Shown: positions 41,222-51,900 of the stretch, piece after piece
How positions within the stretch are numbered: the first letter of the stretch is position 1
Layout: each line of letters begins with the position of its first letter
Assembly (NCBI GenBank): GCA_040954595.2
Contig: CM082591.2
Location: 3,333,957 to 3,397,956, forward strand
Length of the DNA stretch: 64,000 nucleotides
Source: Balanoglossus misakiensis
Lineage: Eukaryota; Animalia; Hemichordata
Reading direction: 5' to 3'
The notes under the pieces: generated by a model
Databases searched by the model: none
Told to the model about the DNA's origin: nothing
Seen by the model: only the letters and a program-made list of their open reading frames with translations
Translations under genes and position numbers: made by a program

Positions 41222-42316
41222 TTATCTTTGCTCAATGATTTTCTGTCCCATAGTGCAGTCAAAATCCACGTTTTCGTCATAAGCCGGTTCTGACGAAATC
41301 TCACACAAGCTCCGCTCCCATGTCATGGTGCAATAGCCGTTCGGGTCAGTGACGCAGTACCACAGATACGAAGGTGGTTTCAAGGCACCGTGTATCTCAC
41401 ACTTGCCGCTGAAGTACTTCAATTTCGTGTCGTAGACTATGTTGCCGTATGGAATTTTGTCGCTCGGGAGTATGTACTCGAATCCGAAGATTATGCTCTC
41501 CACGGCGGGGTCACTGAACTCCGGTGGACACTGTGAGCCGATGACACCGTTGTCCAAGGAGCGGTTGCAGGCATACTCGATGAAGGTCATGGCGTTGTTT
41601 TCTTGGGTCGTGATGTCTTCCAAGTTGGCCAGTACGTGCCTCTGGTAGTCGGACGGCAGGGAGACGTAGGCGTTTTGCAATCCAAACGAGTGGGCCGCCG
41701 TGTACTGCTGCAGGTTGCGCACGAACACGGCGATGGAGCAGCAGAAGACGATCCCGGAGCCCACGAAGGCCAGGGCGAGAATGAACACACTGGTCAGCGG
41801 TCGCTCACAGCACGTCCCCTTGAAGCAGAAGTTGTAGATCAGCTTGAAGAACTTGAACAGGCAGACGATGGCAGCCACGGCGACAGTGATCAGCTGGGTG
41901 ATCTTAGCAGTTGCCCAGGAGCAAGGTGCGATGGCCACGTTGAGACAAGACAAGGGCACGTCTTCTAACCACATCGGAATCAGGCCGGCGTAGTCCTGGA
42001 CAACGTGCTTGCGGCCCTTGGCTTTCATATACGTGTTTACCGTATCAAAGCCGAACGTGCAGACACCGACTATACTGAAAACCAACAGGCCGAACAACAT
42101 CATTGTGTGAGGCGGCCCGACTAGGAGCCCGGCCGCCAAATTAGCCCATGCGGCGTAGTTCAACCAATCGGTGATAACATCGACGGCTCCGAGAATTATG
42201 ACCGCAATGCTCTTCCAGTCCCAGCCGGTGTTTCCATAGAGATCGCGTATAGCGCTGGAATTCCCTAGCTGGTACTTCACATTGGACTTGGGTGCAGTAT
42301 CTCCACCACCCGGCAT
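41222..42316 (-). CDS. Uncharacterised intronless multi-pass membrane protein with Cys-rich C-terminal domain
   Basis: 364-aa ORF with GC-rich, coding-like codon usage and about 4-5 hydrophobic segments. Motifs DVITDW and WLEDVP are reminiscent of XK/TMEM26-like membrane proteins. A TATA-like TTTTATAT lies ~25-30 nt upstream on the minus strand. Confidence 0.8.
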   Translation of the reverse strand: MPGGGDTAPKSNVKYQLGNSSAIRDLYGNTGWDWKSIAVIILGAVDVITDWLNYAAWANLAAGLLVGPPHTMMLFGLLVFSIVGVCTFGFDTVNTYMKAKGRKHVVQDYAGLIPMWLEDVPLSCLNVAIAPCSWATAKITQLITVAVAAIVCLFKFFKLIYNFCFKGTCCERPLTSVFILALAFVGSGIVFCCSIAVFVRNLQQYTAAHSFGLQNAYVSLPSDYQRHVLANLEDITTQENNAMTFIEYACNRSLDNGVIGSQCPPEFSDPAVESIIFGFEYILPSDKIPYGNIVYDTKLKYFSGKCEIHGALKPPSYLWYCVTDPNGYCTMTWERSLCEISSEPAYDENVDFDCTMGQKIIEQR

Positions 42317-44230
42317 TTTGTCTGGGATGCGTCACGTACAATATAAAAGCGAGCTGCGCCCGTGTCCTTGACTGAGTACGCCGCTTCTGTCACGCTCTCA
42401 CAATAAAGTGAATAGCGCCTTCTTATACAAGGCCGGGCTTTTCGTCAATCTGGCAACTAAAACACAAAATAGCCATTGAAGGTTACTTCAAAGCGGCCAA
42501 CAATGACAGAAAGGCGTGCGAGTATACAATCAACAACTCGTCTGAGAAAGAAGGGTACTGTATGGTCCCGCACACGCGCCGCTTGAGTTGCTATTTGGGT
42601 GAAAGTTCGTCTACCTTTGCCGACTTCAAGAAGTACCTAGCTAACTAATTAACTGTACCCGGCACGTCGGCTGGGAAAGCTTGGATCGGACAGGGAGGGA
42701 CTTACCGTTCCTTTTCTTGTACTGTTGACGTGATCAGGGACACGTTTGGGTGACTACACAGACACGTTCTTGGGCGAATTTCCCTGATTCTGTGAACACT
42801 TCCGTCGAAAGTACTGCGTGCTGTCGGCGTGCGATGTTCTCGCTGCGTGAAGCCGGCCGGCAATGAGAAGGATCCCGCATGCGGTCACCCTAAGTTGCGG
42901 AAAATTCCATAATGACGTTTAACTTATGAATATGCATGAAAAGAAACGCCCACTTTTTTGCGGCTGAACCTCTGATAAATGAGTGTACTGTGTACTGTAA
43001 GTTTTTCCATGCGGTGCATTATTAGCATGACTGGGTCCATCCAGTTCATTGTATTCAAAGATGGCCTATGCATACACTTTTGATCAGCGATCGCCCTATA
43101 TCTTTTCCATTTACAGTACACAGCGGCATCTGCCATAACCAGGCGAGATATCACTTTCTCCGAAAGCCAGCGAAAAACCCAGACGCTATAATATGTAGAT
43201 TTGGCACTCGTAGCTGTCATAATTGTTTTTATAATTATATACATGATTTTTATCGGTATTGTTGACAAATGAATTATAGTTCAGACTCCAGATACAACTA
43301 AATACTGCCAGTGAGCGTTAACAGGTGGTTTAGCAGACTCGACTGACTTCCAGTTGGAATATCACTTTTTTGTCTAGGACTAGTGACTCACGATTTCAAA
43401 AAAAAACATACACGTATAACTATGTTCCGGTCACGTGACAGCGTTAAATATAGTTCACAAAGTACTTTCAAGTGCTTGTATTGTCGACGCGTTTTAACCT
43501 GGGCGACTTTGACCCCGAGGTCGACGTCATTCAGAGAGAGGTTGGTTTTTATTACACACTTGGGGGTATTTTTTATGATTGATATGTCCGTGTTGCTCTG
43601 TTCGCGTGCTGAATTAATAGTATGGCTATCAGCAGATACAATTGTGCCACGTCTGAATGCATATAAATAATTTGATTAAGTACTGAAAAATATAAACCGA
43701 TCGACCAGCACGTTTTTGGACACAGTAACCGAGAAATCGCCTAACACATGTAACAATAGCGACTCTTGTTTCAGGCCATGGGGTGTTCTCTAAAGGCGTG
43801 CTACATTTTGATGCCATAAATATATAGACGCAAAGCCGAGTTATTCGCAACACGTGGTGTGGACTGGCATATGTTGGCGCCTATTCTCACCCGAACTGAG
43901 GCACACTTACATGCCCGTGTATCTAATTCCAGAACTGCAGGAAATAGACGCGGAAACGCTATGCCGGATGCCACAGACAAGAGAAAGCAGTTCTTGTATA
44001 GTTGTGTCGAGATTTGATGTCTTGACGATTTGACTACATGTAAAGTTTTAGTGCAAAAAGTGACACTTCACTGCGTAGGAGGTGAAGTGTCACTGGCAGA
44101 CACCATAGACTGTACAAGAACAGTATAATCACTGGGTTCCATTGCCACAGCAACGAACTGCCATAAAGATATGACCACGTGCGCCCGAAATGTCACCAGT
44201 CCGTATTAAAGACTGTAGGCCTACAATACA

Positions 44231-44781
44231 CAGTATCAGGCCCGTGTCTGTCACTCAACACATGCCCCATGCATACCTGTGTTATCATGGAGCATTGTAA
44301 GTTGAATTCGGCTGGGTCAAGCCGTCCTTGAGAATAACCCAGTCTGCAACAAAATCTGCCTTGGTAATGTACTGGTTCCCACAGAAAAAGAGCGCGTCTC
44401 CCACCCTTATTTCACATGCCACTAATAGTACATATTACTAAATAGTGCCAGATTTCACAGGCCAAAAATATGGTGATTATAGGCACAAACCCGTGGTAGA
44501 GTTTATCGACGGACTGTGCCATATTCAGTCTGGGTTAGAGTTCGCTTGCGCTTTGTGATTTCCCACCGTGTAACAGGAGAGGTTTCTTTGAATTCCACTG
44601 AATAAACTCACTCCGTGTGACCCCCAGGTGGGGCAATTGCAATAAATAATTCAAAGCTGTTGCGAAGTATGTCACCTGTCTGGTTATTATGCAAGAGTTA
44701 TTTCATGACGTGCAACTTGGCGCCCCAAAAATACCTGAAAAGTGGAGTTTGATGGCAGAGGGGGCACTATTTATTTCATAC
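44231..44781. repeat. Direct repeat copy A (~550 bp), downstream of the deiodinase-like gene
   Basis: Collinear with 47843-48382 from CAGTAT.AGGCCCGTGTCTGTC to GGCAGAGGG.GCACTATTTATTTCATAC. Confidence 0.9.
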
Positions 44782-45035
44782 TACATGTATCAAGTATTCA
44801 ATGATCCATGTCTTTATCTCAATTTCCTGGAGCCGGAAAAGGGTCTACTGAAGTTACTGTAAGTATACAAGATGGCGAACTCTACTACTCGCAGGTAACA
44901 TTGGTAAAAATTATATGCACGATCAACATAGTTGAAAAAAGTTAGAGGCAATGCCTTCTACACGACACAATATCCCACATTTCCATTCTATTAAGATTGT
45001 ATTTCTTGGTTTTGCCCGACGATGAGTTTTAAAAT

Positions 45036-45082
45036 ATCAAACAGAACAGTTACCACGGCGGCATTCTCCATCCTGTTGTCAC
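45036..45082 (-). promoter_or_regulatory. SECIS element (form 2, GUGA variant) in the deiodinase-like 3' UTR
   Basis: Minus strand reads GUGAC-AACAGGAUGG-AGAA-UGCC-GCCGU-GGUA-A-CUGUUCUGUU-UGAU. This gives the UGAC/UGAU non-Watson-Crick core, a 10-bp helix II, unpaired AA and a 4-bp apical mini-stem, ~205 nt after the stop codon. Confidence 0.8.
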
Positions 45083-45287
45083 GACAACTTCCTCGTCGGC
45101 ACATCACCAAGATAAATCTAGAAGTGTATTTTTGTTTGGGGGGATCTAAGTTAGAATATTACCGTTTTAACTAAGTTTTTTAGAGTAACTAGTGCTAATA
45201 TAAGCTTATTTCCAAATCTGAGGGAAAATAGAACTTTCTTGGGAAATATTAGGCGTTAATTAGATAAAAATCTCGTGTGTCTCATCA

Positions 45288-46856
45288 CTATACTTGTGTG
45301 TTTTTCGTAGTCCCCATTTCTGATGACGTCACAGACCTCTGCTTCAGCCAATCTCGGACTGCGTCACTGGCGAGATGCTTCGGATTGGTACTCAATACTT
45401 CGCGGACCGTTTGTCCCACGAAGGCGAATTTTCCGTCCGAGAGAACGAAAATACGATCCGGTTGTGCCGAATACCTGCTGTTGAAGTCGTTACTCATGTT
45501 GTCCAGTACAATTGGTATACTGCCGCGAGCGTCGACGTCTGTAGTAAATGTGTTGTATTCTGTGTCCACTTCGATCAACGACCTATCAATTAAACAGAAA
45601 TGATAAATATTGCCACCTATGCAAATTTAACCACTGTTACCATGGAAAACTCAATCATAACCAATCACATATTTTCAGTGGATGGCACACGCGAAAATTA
45701 TGCTGTTCTAGTTTGGCCTGTCTCCATTTCTACCGTTGGCTGCGCTGTACAATTGGGGCAGGGGTGATGACACGTGACCAGCGGTGATCATGACACGTGC
45801 CAAGTGGAATCATGTCCGCACCTTGCAGCGTCCATCCTCTCTTCGATTCTCGTAGCAGCGTTGAAGACGCTGTAAGCTGAACCCATTTTCCAGCCGTCGG
45901 CAGGATGAGCCTCCATAATGTACACAAACAGGAAATCCAGTTCGTCTTTGTAATCATCGAACAGCCGACGTAACGAGCCACTGTGTACCATGGCCTAGAA
46001 CACAAACAAACAAACATGTAGACATACAGGCAGGCAGACAGACAGACAGACAGTCAGTCAGTCAGTCAAACAGACAGACCAAACAATCACTTTTTGGTCT
46101 CGAGAAACAAGCCATTTAAGGCTACTCATATATTTTTTCAGAAAGTCTGAGGGGCCGAGGGCTGGATAAAGCATTCCCAATAATTAACCTACTCGTAGCA
46201 TATGTCAGGAAAATGACGATGATATCAGCATCAGGGGTCGGTCGCTCTTCTGGAACGATGACAAGGACCTGACGTTCTTGGTAACCATGTCAATGACGTC
46301 CACATCCGGAGCAGCGTCTCCTGGTGTATTATGTCCACGCTGTGACATCAAGCCATAGCCAGCTAATGGCGCCAGAAGGGATAACACCTGTACAGCAGCG
46401 ACAACAGGGTTGAGAAGGTCTTGGGGTTAGGCCAGTTGATATCATGGGGGATCTTGAAGATTTTCGACCAAAAAATTCGAGTGAATGTCAATGAAAAGAA
46501 ATTGGAAGATGTGTTTCCTCTGCACCATCTGCCCTAGATCTTCCATTCACCCCCCCCCCAAAAAAAAAATCAAATGGTTCTCTCCTTACCGCGGGATCAT
46601 CTTTGTAGATTGTTTTGATCTCGGCAAGCACATACACAGAACGTTTCCCTTCGATGCCGTTCTCCGACAAGGCCTGACGTTCCGCGTCTCGAATGAGGGC
46701 CGTGGCGGACGCCATGATATTCTCGGCCCCTGGTTTGTTGGGGTCCAACTCCAGGTCCATTCGTTTCTGCATGTCGTCAGATAGAAGTATCTCCACTATT
46801 CGTTTAGTGACTCGCATTGCTGTGTCTCTGTTGTAAAGATAAGGTGCTGCTGCCAT
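45288..46856 (-). CDS. Iodothyronine deiodinase-like selenoprotein (309 aa, Sec at codon 150)
   Basis: Exons 46856-46590, 46387-46193, 45994-45822 and 45582-45288 have GT-AG boundaries and total 930 nt in one frame. Motifs PGDAAPD, RPLMLISSSFS-TGA(46207-46205)-HML, DFLFVYIMEAHPADGW, IVLDNMSNDFNSRYSAQPDRIFVL and VRDWL match the deiodinase/thioredoxin-like fold. A SECIS lies downstream. Confidence 0.88.
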
Positions 46857-46928
46857 TGTGACTTGAAATGCTCGATCTCTCTGGATTATCTGGAGGGCAA
46901 GAAAACACATTGGCGGAAAGATTTCTGT

Positions 46929-47017
46929 ACCGTTTCACCCCAGTTCCCTCAATAGAGGTCCAACTTCACCATAGAAAACAATGGATTTGGAGTGAACCAT
47001 GGTGGTGAAAGGGTTAA
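46929..47017. mobile_element. piggyBac-like MITE copy upstream of the first coding exon of the deiodinase-like gene
   Basis: TTTCACCCCAGTTCCCTC...CCATGGTGGTGAAAGGGTTAA. Confidence 0.75.
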
Positions 47018-47842
47018 AAGATATACGGAATCCACATAGCTTTAAGCTATAAGCGTTTTCGTGATATACTATCAGGCAATATCATTTAATAAACAGAAAT
47101 AAAAGTTTATCCTAGATTATTTAGAGCTTATTTTTTATCGAGTTGCAACTCATGGAGCGTTAAGACATCACTATATACATTTTGAACCAAACAAATGTAC
47201 CCTTAAATGTTTCTTAAATGACGTCCTGTCTGTACTATACCCACCTGTTTTACGAGGGGGGGGGGGGGGCATATGCATATTAAATACCACGTGCCATGGT
47301 TCACAAATAGCGTCGAAAACAGTGGCCTAGTTCGCATCGCACTGATCGACTGAATACCGTTTTTATAGGTTGCCGTCAATTTTCATATTCTACTATGGTA
47401 CTTTTTATATGGTATATTTTGACATTTTGTATTTGTCTACGAGTATACCAACCAATGCTTAGGCAAAAATGTGTAAGAGACGGGCAGTTCTTACCTGCTC
47501 AAAAGCTCACCGACTTTTGAAAGGGCGACTGTACTGTGGAAACCAAACTCTGACACGTTCTGACACGGCATCGGACGTACGCTTTGCCAATTTACAAAGT
47601 ACGGGTAAAGTCCATTCTGTAGGCAGGGGTTCACAAAAAGACAGTTATGTGATGTGGAATTTTCTACGGAAACTTCGCAGCGAAACCCCATGTGTATCGT
47701 TTGATTTCACTTATTGCGACATCAACTCTAAATAATTGTGTGAGAACATTCTGCAATTACATCACTCAATGGGCTTTTGGGGGAACCAGAGGAGCTCACG
47801 CTGACCTCTACTTTATCGAGTCCAGATAATTAATATGCAATG

Positions 47843-48382
47843 CAGTATAAGGCCCGTGTCTGTCTGTCACTTTAACACATGCCCCATGTGTACCTGTGTT
47901 ATCGGAGAGCATTGTTGAATTCGGCTGGGTCAACAAGCCGTCCTTGAGAATTGTAACGTCAATTTAACACAGCCTGCCTCCCACCCACCCTTATTTCACA
48001 TGCCACTAATAGTATTACTAAATAGTGTCAGATTTCACAGGCTAAAAATATATTGATTATAGCACGGTTACTAGAAAAGGCACAAACCCTTGGGAGAGAT
48101 TATCAATAGACTGTGCCATATTGAGTCTGGGGGTTAGAGTTCGCTTGTGCTTTGTGATTTCCCACTGTATCACAGGAGATGTTTCTTTGAATTCTACTGA
48201 AAAAACTCACTCCGTGTGACCCCCGGGTCGGGCGATTGCTATAAATAACTCAAAGCTGTTGCGAAGTATGTCACCTGTCTGGTTATTATGCAAGAGTTAT
48301 TATATGACGTGCAAAGCGCCTCCAAGAGGCAAAAACTGAAAAGTGGAGTTTGATGGCAGAGGGCGCACTATTTATTTCATAC
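47843..48382. repeat. Direct repeat copy B (~540 bp), between the deiodinase-like 5' region and the M16 peptidase 3' end
   Basis: Collinear with 44231-44781, with substitutions and a few indels. Confidence 0.9.
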
Positions 48383-48920
48383 CTGAGTATTTATTATGTG
48401 TATTCATTTTTTCCATACGCTTTAAGTCACACATGAGCAGATCAGATGTCCCTCCACTTAAAGAATCGGGAAGCTGTCATTTTTAACATACATGGTATTT
48501 AGTTTCAGTTTGTCTACATGCCAATTTGTGAACAGTCAGGTGAATTAAAATGGGCTTTGATACCTGGACCTGAATTCAATTGCCCACTGAAACAACTGTC
48601 CTCATAAAAGCAAGGAACTGCAGTTAATAAACAAAACAAAAATACTCCCAAAATCGGGAAAAAAAGTTACAGCTAATGTCTCTTTAGTCAGCTATACAAA
48701 AATTGTGAATTATTGTAACTTGAAAATGCTCAGTAGTAAGAACATTATGCTAAGAAAAAGCAACAACCAACAGAACGTTGAAAAAAATTGCAAAAACTAA
48801 GATGAATATTGCCATGGTTTTTCACTACTGGGGGAAATGATTTCTTCCGTAACTACAATGCAGAAAAGTCCTGCATGTCAGTTGAAGACATCGGGTGTCC
48901 ATGTGTATCTGCTAACGTTG

Positions 48921-51900
48921 TCAAGGAAACCCTTCGTCAATAGATGGCATGACTGTCAGCTCTCTGGAAAACCTGTCGGGGGTGAGACGAGGTGCAATTT
49001 GATAATATTCATTAGAAACAAGCAACTAAGTAGTGCATAACCCTAATCAGAAATTTCTGGGGGGGGGAAGAATGGGTCATTATTAATTTCATCTATAGTT
49101 TCAGGATGAGGTGGCATCTGTTATGAAACTCAAAAATAACAATTCCACACTCATGCACTTTGATAATATTCACTCAAAACAAGCAAATATTAGTTAGTGA
49201 TATAGCCCTAATCATAAAATTTCATGGGGGGGGGGGGGTAGTAATCATTTTTGCACGCAACATTGTCACATGTTCATCTCATTAGTAGTCATTTAATCGT
49301 AATATAACTGGAGATTATCTCCTTCTATTTTGGCAAAATTTAAACTCGCTGACTTACCCTTTGAATCCCTCTTTGATTTCGTCCACCTTTGAAGGATTAC
49401 AGCAGACGGCACATTTAGACTTGGTCGTATCGAACAGCGGGGCGAAGTACATGTCGCCCACAGTTTTCAGGTCCTGAATAGTCACTTTAGATAGCCTCTG
49501 CAGTAATGTCCTACAAGACAATGTCGTTTGTTGTACATATTCACATTTTAACCCTTTCACCCCTAGTTTCCTCTTTAGTGGTCCAACTTTACCATAGGAA
49601 ACAATGGGTCTGGACTGAACCATAGTGGTGAAAGGGTTAAAACCAAAAATGTCAAGATAGTCATATTAAAATCACAATCACAAAAAAATGCATGAAAAAT
49701 AAATATTCATTCTACCTGTTGTAATCTTGATCAGTTTCTCTGAAGTAATTCAGCAGAGACTCCTTGGAGGTGTCTGACACAGTTGTTTCTCGTTCAATCA
49801 CTTCAAACACAACACTGCTAATAGAGGACTCCAACTGAACCGGGTCAAACTCGGTCTTCCCGCTTAAGAATCCCTCCTGGAAATATGAACGTAAGTGCAA
49901 TTTGTTAGTTCATCGCAGACACATCAGACATGAAAATTACACACAAATACAGCCATAGACTTAACTGCGAAAAAAAGGCTGAGTTCTTAATCAGCATATC
50001 AGTGCACTGACTCAGTGGGCAAAGTCGAACTCAGTTGCCTCCCTGCCACTGGTTGCCCTGTACTACCAGAATCGGGATCACTTAATCAGAATAATGCATG
50101 GTATCATCAATCACACACTTACCACAATTTCCTTGGCCTGCTTGTAAGCACTGACTACATGTGTACACTTAAAGAGCAGAAAATACAGCAGTCCTTCATT
50201 CGGTCGCACAAACATGGAGTAGTGGTAGGCCAAACCCAGCCCTCGAATCTGACGCCACATTGGACCCTGTGAATAGTGAACATACATGAATGGAATTTGC
50301 TTGAAAAATACGTTTCAGATATTTTTGTCATACCAAAGGCGTCCAATATTAGGGGTATTTTATTAAGATGATCACATTTGGATTTAGAACCAAATATTGA
50401 ATTTCATGTGTTCAATGTATACTGGTGGATAGGTCAATTCTCGGTTGTACTAATCATGCTGCTTATAACTGTAGGTTTTAGTCAGCTGACCGACACAAAT
50501 AATACTCATCATGATACAAGTGAACGGCCTGTGTTCTGTGTTTATGATGCAAACAAGGTTATCTGATAACCCTGTCACTTGGAGCTGACATACGTGACCG
50601 TACTTGGTAGAAGTTATCTGATCGGTATTGTTTATGATTGCTTTTCTCTGTTTATCTTTTTCCACTCCAGCCATTCAGTCAACATGATTTTTCTACCTAG
50701 AAAGTCGGTCACCAGCCAACAATTATCAGTCATCGATCAAGAATGCGCGGATTTGAATCGGAGTCAAAGGTCACACTGCCGTTTGTTAGTTCTCACCTCC
50801 AGTGCACACAGGTACTCCATGAAGACCATGATGGCCGGCAGATCTTGGTGGTCGTACGTGTCGATGCACGCCACCGACTGCATCAGATATGATGACTCGA
50901 CAGATCCGACGCCGGCAATCACGCCGAGGCTTGTAGCAGACTCGTAGGGAATCAGCAGCTCGCTGGATTGTCTGCCAACCTGTAAGCTGTCAGATGGTTG
51001 CAATGTTTGAGTAATTTTTGCGATAAAAAAACACTCAATTATTTCTGAGAAAATAATTCTATGTCATTAAAAGAGTCTCTCGTTCTTGATAAAATGTCAA
51101 CTCACTGTTTTTCTGTGTTTTCTTTGCGAGAAGCCACAAAGTAGTCCATCCAGGGTGACAGGGGTGGGGTCAAAGGTGAAAGTTTAGCCAGGTCAGTTGA
51201 CATGTGAACCCTGATGTTTCCTGGGGCTGTGAGGAATGACCTCAACTCACTGAGTTCTTTGATTATCTGGAAAAAAAACACCAAAATCGTAATTATTAAT
51301 ATTACTAAACTTTCTCTGTATATTTGTGAATATACAAATTTACGAGAGACAAATAAAACCATCACTCTGTTGAAATGAAAAAAACAACTATGTTCTCATA
51401 ACATGCGTCTTGGATAAAATGTATCTGCAAGGATAGATTATCTGAACACCATAACACAGCGTATGTTTTACTAGAATGTCAAATAAGCAACCTTACCTTA
51501 TCGTAATCTGTGTCTAGTTTTTCAACCAGATTTGAAAGGAACCGGTGTTGTCTGATCATATTGGAGGAATGGTGATTGCTTCCTAAAAAATAATCCAAAT
51601 GACAATGAAAGAAAGAGCCATAGCATTTCACTTTGTCAGTATGTTCTAAATACATGTAGATTAAAGTAGAAAAAAGGCTTAGACTACATTTTAGGTGGGC
51701 AATCTTACAAACCTTTCTGGAAGTTCAAGTCCCGCAGGATTGAGGTGGTGATGGTGCGTCCCTCTCGCTTGGCTTTGGCGACACTGTTGATTATCTTGGT
51801 TGAGATGATCTTCAGTCGGTCCTTGGTGAACTGGGTCTGATACAACAACTCGTGCAGCCATTTCACTCCCACCGAATATTTGTCCATCTCAACCTTGTGG

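Noticed and set aside
46205-46207. Premature stop suggesting a deiodinase pseudogene
   Set aside because: The TGA is at the Sec position, all other codons and splice sites are intact, and a SECIS is present.
44231-48382. LTR retrotransposon interpretation of the direct repeats
   Set aside because: No TG..CA termini, primer-binding site, polypurine tract or gag/pol remnants were seen, and the enclosed gene has spliceosomal introns.
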